This document shows positions 57,766-64,000 of a DNA stretch of 64,000 nt, one piece after another (the first letter of the stretch is position 1; every line of letters begins with the position of its first letter). The notes under the pieces are model-generated. The model was not told the origin of the DNA. It saw only the letters and a list, made by a program, of their open reading frames with translations, and made no database searches. The DNA is from an uncultured Candidatus Saccharibacteria bacterium. GTDB taxonomy: Bacteria; Patescibacteriota; Minisyncoccia; UBA6257; 2-01-FULL-56-20. The stretch is from positions 5,641 through 69,640 of the forward strand of contig CAYHXC010000002.1 of assembly GCA_964360585.1 (NCBI GenBank), given 5' to 3'. The position numbers and the translations under genes were made by a program.

Positions 57766-58041
57766 TCACGCAACGGCGTCTTTAAGCGCCTTCCCCGCCT
57801 TAAACTTCGGCTTCACCGACGCAGCAATATGAATTTTCGCGCCAGTCTTTGGGTTCACACCCATGCGAGCGGCCCGCTTCGCGACTCGGAACGTTCCAAA
57901 GCCAGCAATGGCCACTTCTTCGCCGCGGCCAAGCGTCTTCGTTATAATTTCAAACACCGCTTCAACAGTTTTTTTGGCGTGACTCTTCACCTCCACGCCA
58001 GTCGCCTTCATGAGAGCCTCGGCCAATCCTTCTTTTGTCAT
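57766..58041 (-). CDS. hup: HU/IHF-family DNA-binding protein
   Basis: Contains GFGTFRVAKRAARMGVNPKTGAKIHIAASVKPKFKAGKALKDAV. The start is reassigned to MTKEGLAEAL; the ORF track's upstream extension is unlikely. Confidence 0.85.
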   Translation of the reverse strand: MTKEGLAEALMKATGVEVKSHAKKTVEAVFEIITKTLGRGEEVAIAGFGTFRVAKRAARMGVNPKTGAKIHIAASVKPKFKAGKALKDAVA

Positions 58042-58276
58042 AAATACGTAAAAATAAGTAAGAAACAACCTCGACCTTTTCAGGTAGTGAAAATTCGACA
58101 GAGCGTCCAGAAAAAGCAGTCGAATTTCTACTCCCTGATTGAACGAGCTCATTATAGCATCCCCCCACCACTTCCCTCAAACAATTGATACGCTCCCAAA
58201 ATGGCCTGGAAACTCAACAAAAAGACGTGCTCCAAATCAAAAATATGGCGAGGGGACAGGCCAGTTTTTTAGCGGA

Positions 58277-60502
58277 CTATAAACCCAAGGCGCGAAGGAT
58301 AGGCAGGAGCTCCTCATAACGAGGCGTAGTCGCTAAATCCACCTCTCTCATCACCTCTTGAATCTCCGCTCTCGCCTTATCACGCTCGCCGTTCAGATAA
58401 TAAGCCACGCCCAGTTTTATTTTTACCTCAACATTCTCACCATCCAAAATCTTCGCCGCTTCGTAGATCGTGACTGCTTCTTTCAGGTGTCCTGCGTCCG
58501 CATAAAATCCTGCCACTGTGAGCGGTTCATTCACCGTCTTCCACTTCCGGCCCAGACGGATCGCCTCTTCTATACTTTCATACCCCTGTTTCGCATCGCC
58601 CACCGCAAACGAAAGTAAGCCGTAGTAAAAATGCGCGTCGGGCACGCGAGGATTGAGATCCAATCCTTTCTTGACCAAAGCCAGAGCTTCATCATTTTTT
58701 CCCTGGAGAGATTTTGTCTTGGCGAGAGAGAAAATGACTTGCTGGCGATTCGGACTCAGTTCCAAAGCGCGTGCCGCCGCTGTCTCAGCTTTACTCAGGT
58801 ATGTCGGATCGATGCCGGAACTCTGGTTATACATATCTACCAGGGCATAAAAATTGTACGCATCGAAAGGATGGTCTTTACCAACCTGTTCCATCATGGC
58901 GATCGCCTCACGCACTGCTTCCGGCGGCACCTTATCGGAATTATAAAAATATGCTTCCGATATGGCACCGGCATAGTCTCGAACCATATTCCACGAGTAT
59001 GGACTATTGATCCCGATTGCCCTTGTGAAAAAATCGATAGCTACCAAGGGCCTCGTCCGGAAAGTTATAAATCCATGATACTGATAGTACGTGGCTCGCA
59101 AGGTCGGAATACTGACAAAGAAAACGAGAAGCAAGGCAACGCCGGCCGAGCTGTAAGCGAGAACTTGGCCTCCCCCGCTCAACACTTCCTTTCCTCTGTG
59201 TTTCTGAGGAACAACTTCTTGATTTGTGAGGAGCGCGTATCGTCGACTGGTAAGGCCGATCAAAAGATAAAAAATAATCAGCGCTCCCAGGGTTTCAAAT
59301 ATAAAAATATTTCCGAGAATATACGAAATAGTACCGGCAGTTATAACTTGTGCCCATAAGGTGTCGGTGCTCCGCCAAAGAACCAAGAAGAAAGCTCCCA
59401 TGAAAAAAAGATAGGCCAAAAAAAGAGCCGCGCCACCGGTAACTAAAAGCTCCAATATATAATTGTGCGGCTTATCAAAACGGGTTTCTTGATAACTAAG
59501 TTCGAGCGCCTTCGGATCGTAGTTTTTATTGAAGACAATATTGAAATTCTCCCAACCCCAGCCGAGAACCGGACGCTCGAGAAATCCCTGCCACGCGGCT
59601 CCCAAAGCAATGAGACGCGGCTGAAGATCGGCCTGATCCAAACTGATGGTCCGGAAGCGCTGCACTCCCGGAACGCTATCCCAAACAGCGTTTGTCCGTG
59701 TCAGCCAAAAGCCAGAAACACCGAGCACAAAAACGGCTACGAATGACAGATACATGAAGCGACGACTGAAAAATCCGGAAGTAACCGGCGCTTTCCAGGC
59801 AAACAACGCCGCCAAAACGAACAGTCCAACACCGAGACCCAAAATACTGCCACGAGTCTGCGTGTTGAAAAGACCGGCGACGAGAAAAAATTCCGCAAAT
59901 AATAGTGTTGTTTTTTCTCCGGACCGAGACGCCTTCAAGAAGTAATAGAGCGCCCAGAAAATATGGAGTGCGAGATAGGCGGCAAAAAAAGATGGGTTGC
60001 CAAAGGTGGCTCCGGGACGAGAGCCAATGGACTCATTCAAGAGCAGGTTGGGATTTGATAACTGGAGAATAGCTAAGATAACTATAAAGCAACACGTGCC
60101 AAGCGACACCCAAAATATTTTCTTCTCGTCGATTGCTTCTTTCAGACTGGCAACAACGAGGGCAAAGATCGCGGCATGCATGTAGGTAAAGACGCCGAGC
60201 ATCCGATCCTGCATAGACCAGAAACTGCGTAAAGGATCTACTCCGAACAGCGCCGTGAAAAGAAGTACTGCTATGAAAATAACGAGACCTAACGTGGCTG
60301 GCGTAAGCCGCGGACGAAAGCGACTCTCGTGAATAATGAGATATGCCCAGCAAGCCACGAGCAACTCCACGCCAATCCAAAAGAATACAGTTTTCGAGAG
60401 CGTATAGGGATAAACGCTTTCTCTTAGGTAGAAAAGCGGCGTCCCGACGAGAATGCCGTAGATGATCCAACGAATGATACCGAGGAGGGACGAAGAACTC
60501 AT
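58277..60502 (-). CDS. O-antigen-ligase-like polytopic membrane protein with C-terminal TPR repeats
   Basis: 741-aa ORF with about 12 TM helices and a TPR region (...AETAAARALELSPNRQQ...). It is a paralogue-type of 8217..10259. Confidence 0.55.
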   Translation of the reverse strand: MSSSSLLGIIRWIIYGILVGTPLFYLRESVYPYTLSKTVFFWIGVELLVACWAYLIIHESRFRPRLTPATLGLVIFIAVLLFTALFGVDPLRSFWSMQDRMLGVFTYMHAAIFALVVASLKEAIDEKKIFWVSLGTCCFIVILAILQLSNPNLLLNESIGSRPGATFGNPSFFAAYLALHIFWALYYFLKASRSGEKTTLLFAEFFLVAGLFNTQTRGSILGLGVGLFVLAALFAWKAPVTSGFFSRRFMYLSFVAVFVLGVSGFWLTRTNAVWDSVPGVQRFRTISLDQADLQPRLIALGAAWQGFLERPVLGWGWENFNIVFNKNYDPKALELSYQETRFDKPHNYILELLVTGGAALFLAYLFFMGAFFLVLWRSTDTLWAQVITAGTISYILGNIFIFETLGALIIFYLLIGLTSRRYALLTNQEVVPQKHRGKEVLSGGGQVLAYSSAGVALLLVFFVSIPTLRATYYQYHGFITFRTRPLVAIDFFTRAIGINSPYSWNMVRDYAGAISEAYFYNSDKVPPEAVREAIAMMEQVGKDHPFDAYNFYALVDMYNQSSGIDPTYLSKAETAAARALELSPNRQQVIFSLAKTKSLQGKNDEALALVKKGLDLNPRVPDAHFYYGLLSFAVGDAKQGYESIEEAIRLGRKWKTVNEPLTVAGFYADAGHLKEAVTIYEAAKILDGENVEVKIKLGVAYYLNGERDKARAEIQEVMREVDLATTPRYEELLPILRALGL

Positions 60503-60683
60503 TTGAGTACCTACAGCTTACCTTACTAAACACTGTATTTTCAAACTGGCTGTCATAGCGCCTGCCCGGCCAGGGAGGAGCGTAGAGATGTGGCCATCTC
60601 TACAGTTACTTCTTCCTCGTCAGATTGCCACGCTCCCTTCTGGAGCTCGCAATGACATACTGGGTGAACTACTACCCGGAAAA

Positions 60684-60727
60684 CAAAACTCCCCCGCCCG
60701 AAGGCGAGGGAGTTTGTGACCTCTGAA
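60684..60727 (-). terminator. rho-independent terminator of the surface-protein gene
   Basis: Minus strand has aaactccctcgccttcgggcgggggagttt followed by tgtttt. Confidence 0.55.
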
Positions 60728-60752
60728 GAACTAAGCTCTCCAGATACTCAGA

Positions 60753-63700
60753 TTACGTACCAGATGTGTACGAGACCGAGTTGATCGTAGTTGGCGGAGC
60801 GCCAGGACCAGTCGTTGGAAGACTGACGTTGGCAGTACCACCAGAAACGGCCGTCGTATAGGTCACGTCGGTACCCGCATTGATCTTGGCGTCAAGAGAT
60901 TTCGAGATGCCAGATGCGCCAACATTTGTGGTGTTGGTGAGGGTGTCAAGACGCAAGGTGAAGATCTTCGTCTGACCAGCACTGAGCGCATAACCAGCGA
61001 GGTTATACGAAATGCTTGTCGTTGAAGTTGCACCGGTCGCCTTGGTGTAGCTCGTGCCCGTACTTGGGTCGTAGAGAACCTGAGACGCACTGTCGAAGAA
61101 CGCCGTGCCTGATGGAGCGGTACCACTGTAAGTGATAGTCACTGTGTTCAGGAGCAACGCACCGGCAGCGTCAGCGGTAAAGCTGATGCTTCCCAAGTCA
61201 TCCGTAGTTGCCTTGTTTCGATTCGTGGTCGGACCACTTGCAGTCGTCGCAACCGTAAGTTTCGTTCGCAACACCGTCTGCGCATTGGCGTTCGGTGAGG
61301 ACAAACTCACAGCCGAAGCCGTGTTTGAGGTCAGACCCAAGGCCACAACGGTCTCGGTTGACGTATCGTTTGTCGTTTCAGTTGAAGTAGCGATCTTGAA
61401 CACGTGAGTCGTGTTATCGGTCGCACCGCTGTTCGCAAACGAGGAAACGTCACCCTTCAAAGTAACCGAGATCGAACCGCCAATCGGAACGATGATCGGT
61501 CGAGAAAGGTTGAACGAGTAGATGTAGCCAGCACCTGGGTTTGAGGTCGAGGCAGTCGTTGTCGGAGAGCCTGCAGTTCCCAAAAGACCAGTTGAGTCAT
61601 ACAAGGAAACGTTCGAGAAACCTGACTTGGTCGTCGAAGTAGCAGCAACCTGGTCGAGGATGTTAAGACTTGTGATCTTAATACTCTCAACGTTGGAAGT
61701 TTCCGTGAACCGATAGGTAGCCAAAGTGTTACCCGTGGAACCCATCACGAGCTGACCAGCAGCCGGAGAACCTGAGTCAAGAGCAACCTGGACGGTCGCC
61801 TGACCAGCGCCTCGGACCGACTGACCAGTGGCGGAACAACTCGTCACCGAAGTGAAGGTGGTTGCACCGGAACCGGCACAGTTGGTGATCGAAGTGATCG
61901 CCGGATAGGTTACGCCAGCAATGCCCGAGAGAGCATCCGCATACACATCAACGACTTTGGTCGTACCCGCCGGGACGTTCAATGCTCCCGAGAAGGTGTA
62001 CTGACCGCTCGCTGTAAGCGACGGCTGAGTGACACCAAACTGGGTTGAACCCACCATGAGGCGGAGGTTTGAGAACAAGGTCGAGGAAGCGCTGGTGGTG
62101 AGCGTGATTGAGGTCAAGTTCACACCTTCGGCCGACGAAGCGGTCAAAGAGTACGAACCGATCTTAGCACCTGACTGACTGGCTGCCACCGTCTGCGTTC
62201 CTACGCCAGAGTTGACAGTTGTGGTCAAGTTACTGGTCACGAGCGACAAAGCGCCACCCTGAACCGATCCGCTGTTTGCAGACTGGCTCGAGGTCAAGCC
62301 CTGCAAGTTGCTGGTGTTGCCAGTCAAGCGAGCCACAACCGTGCTGAAATCAGCCGTCGACTGAATATCGCCCTGGAGGGTGAGTACTCGAGTCGTGTTC
62401 GCCGGGATAATGTAGTTAATCGGCGAACCACTGCTCCCGAAACAGTTAACTGGCGACGAAGTTGCCGCACTGAACGAAGTGTCGGTACAGGTAGCGGTTG
62501 TCATCAGCGAGTTTACCGTCGAACCGACCTGTCCGCCCGCATCATCAACCAAGGCAATGTTCTTGATGGTGTTGTCCAAGTTGACTGTACCACCAGTGAA
62601 CGTCAAGCCAAAGGTCAACCACTTCACTTTAACCGGCTCGCCAGCTGCATAGATGGTGAACTTGGCCAGTTTGGTGGCTGAACCACCGCGAGCAATGTTG
62701 CCCGTTGGGGTGTCTGAAGCAAGTGACACCGTCAAGCTTCCCTGGTTGATCGTGATCTCAGTACCGTTACCGCCGCCGTTCGTAACTGTAGCCGCAATCG
62801 GCACATTGTACTGCGTATCTACAGCGTAGATATCGTAGGTGTTCAAGATCTGGAACTTGAAGGTGAAGCTCGGCGAACCCATCACATCAGCATAGATCTG
62901 CATGACGGTCGAACCAGTGTTGATTCTCACCGAGGAAGAACCTTGAGTGAGGTCAAAGTAGGCCGAACCATCAGACGCGACCATCGGCAACGTGTTGCCA
63001 ACCTGCACGCCGTTCAGGAACAGCTTCACGTTCTTGATATCGGTCTTGTTGGCCGAACCAGTAACTTTGAAGTTGATTGAGCGGGGCATGACGGCGCTGT
63101 TGCCAGCGGTCATGGTCCACTGTCCAACCAGCACGTTCTGCGTGCCAGCATAGACAGAGTTACCAACCGTTGACGAAGCGAGGGTTAAGGTCGCGATCGA
63201 CGGGTTGGAAACTGAAGTGATCGTGAAGACATTGCCGTTAACCGGGAAGAAACCTGTTGGGGTTACCACCTGATTGGAAGCGTCAACAGCGGTCACCATA
63301 GAACCGCTCGTCAAAGAGAACGAGACAGTATTACCAGCCGAGAGGTTAGTTGAAGGATCGATAGCTAACCAGAGCTTGCGCGTCTGACCAGCGCCAACCG
63401 ACAAATTCAAACCGCTGAAGGTAAGAACTCCCTGGTTCAACGAGGTGAATTGTGAGATGACCTGACCATTCTCGACGAGGTAAGCGCCGGAAATAGATCC
63501 GTCAGCCAAAACTCCCTGTTTGGTGAACTTGATCTCGGAAACGGTCACACCGCTCGAGTTGCCAGCAGTCAAATTGACGGCCAAAACCGGAACGCGAGCC
63601 GCAGCTGAGTTCGAAGACGAAATCAAAGCGCCCGCAACTGGATTGTCGGAAGCCAAGCCTACGACCAAACCTGAAGACGGAGCTGTTGGCGTACCAGTTC

Positions 63701-63983
63701 CAGTTCCGCTTCCGGAACCAGTTCCAGTGCCTGTGCCAGTACCGGTGGACATCATCGAAGCCATTTTAGCTCGGGTGAGGTTTCCGTAGTAACCAGCTGC
63801 TGGGGAAACATTGTTCGCTGCCTGCCATGCGGCCAAGGCTGCTCTCGTTAAAGATCCAAAATATTCCGTAGCGGCAGAAATCTTAAGATAACCACCGTTG
63901 ATCAGAATCTGTTGAAGAGCCTTAACGCCAGGACCTGTACTACCGACCGTGAGGGGGGCGATAGGAAGGTCTGTTGTGGCCAT
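60753..63983 (-). CDS. large surface protein: N-terminal peptidoglycan-binding domain, (GT)n linker, ~950 aa Thr/Ser/Gly/Val-rich repetitive region
   Basis: N-terminal GSTGPGVKALQQILINGGYL...GSLTRAALAAWQ (PG_binding_1-like), then TGTGTGTGTGSGSGTGTGT, then low-complexity beta-rich repeats. Confidence 0.6.
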   Translation of the reverse strand: MATTDLPIAPLTVGSTGPGVKALQQILINGGYLKISAATEYFGSLTRAALAAWQAANNVSPAAGYYGNLTRAKMASMMSTGTGTGTGTGSGSGTGTGTPTAPSSGLVVGLASDNPVAGALISSSNSAAARVPVLAVNLTAGNSSGVTVSEIKFTKQGVLADGSISGAYLVENGQVISQFTSLNQGVLTFSGLNLSVGAGQTRKLWLAIDPSTNLSAGNTVSFSLTSGSMVTAVDASNQVVTPTGFFPVNGNVFTITSVSNPSIATLTLASSTVGNSVYAGTQNVLVGQWTMTAGNSAVMPRSINFKVTGSANKTDIKNVKLFLNGVQVGNTLPMVASDGSAYFDLTQGSSSVRINTGSTVMQIYADVMGSPSFTFKFQILNTYDIYAVDTQYNVPIAATVTNGGGNGTEITINQGSLTVSLASDTPTGNIARGGSATKLAKFTIYAAGEPVKVKWLTFGLTFTGGTVNLDNTIKNIALVDDAGGQVGSTVNSLMTTATCTDTSFSAATSSPVNCFGSSGSPINYIIPANTTRVLTLQGDIQSTADFSTVVARLTGNTSNLQGLTSSQSANSGSVQGGALSLVTSNLTTTVNSGVGTQTVAASQSGAKIGSYSLTASSAEGVNLTSITLTTSASSTLFSNLRLMVGSTQFGVTQPSLTASGQYTFSGALNVPAGTTKVVDVYADALSGIAGVTYPAITSITNCAGSGATTFTSVTSCSATGQSVRGAGQATVQVALDSGSPAAGQLVMGSTGNTLATYRFTETSNVESIKITSLNILDQVAATSTTKSGFSNVSLYDSTGLLGTAGSPTTTASTSNPGAGYIYSFNLSRPIIVPIGGSISVTLKGDVSSFANSGATDNTTHVFKIATSTETTNDTSTETVVALGLTSNTASAVSLSSPNANAQTVLRTKLTVATTASGPTTNRNKATTDDLGSISFTADAAGALLLNTVTITYSGTAPSGTAFFDSASQVLYDPSTGTSYTKATGATSTTSISYNLAGYALSAGQTKIFTLRLDTLTNTTNVGASGISKSLDAKINAGTDVTYTTAVSGGTANVSLPTTGPGAPPTTINSVSYTSGT

Positions 63984-64000
63984 TGAACCACCAGTCGAAC

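Overview
The window is 64 kb of gene-dense bacterial chromosome, mostly minus-strand, with moderate and mosaic GC. Weak Shine-Dalgarno sequences, a MurD/PP-loop gene pair, TPR-fused O-antigen-ligase-like proteins and a compact type IV pilus locus are consistent with a small-genome (possibly Patescibacteria/CPR-like) organism. That lineage assignment is an inference. From start to end: (1) an HD hydrolase and a GC-rich membrane gene, then a tRNA-Pro(CGG) gene embedded among tRNA fragments, inverted repeats and direct repeats, which looks like a decayed integration junction; (2) cca; (3) a GC-rich two-gene islet next to a diverged duplicate of the pheS 3' end, then intact pheS; (4) a low-GC surface-polysaccharide cluster (TPR/O-antigen-ligase-like membrane protein, initiating sugar transferase, GT2 and GT4 glycosyltransferases, Wzm/Wzt ABC exporter, sulfatase-GDPD fusion) and a Gly-rich secreted protein; (5) two tRNA(CAU) genes, a DsbA-like protein, murD plus an overlapping PP-loop protein that may be MurL-like, gatC and gatA; (6) an ABC exporter, an MFS-like transporter, a MerR-HTH/GHKL-ATPase gene with a STAS-like partner, a methyltransferase, an APH-like kinase, tRNA-Asp, and a wHTH/Cas2-like regulator gene bracketed by identical palindromes, then ligA; (7) a type IV pilus locus (three or more prepilin-type proteins, pilD, pilA, pilC, pilT, pilB, pilMNO-like genes) with comF, tRNA-Arg, tRNA-Gly, an ECF sigma/anti-sigma pair, HU, a second TPR/O-antigen-ligase-like protein and a large Thr/Ser/Gly-rich surface protein with an N-terminal peptidoglycan-binding domain. 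No CRISPR array, integrase, transposase or rRNA was found. The most notable unexplained signal is a family of five full and two partial copies of a ~90-110 nt element, each placed immediately 3' of a minus-strand gene in the pilus region. Its four helices keep their pairing through compensatory base changes while the single-stranded segments stay conserved, so it is a candidate new structured RNA (or ssDNA) motif. Other signals are long-range inverted repeats that would sequester the start codons of pheS, gatA and a membrane gene; a 19-bp perfect inverted repeat bracketing 123 bp just upstream of the major pilin gene; and 14-bp tandem repeats shared by pilD coding sequence, a pilin leader and the pilC leader.
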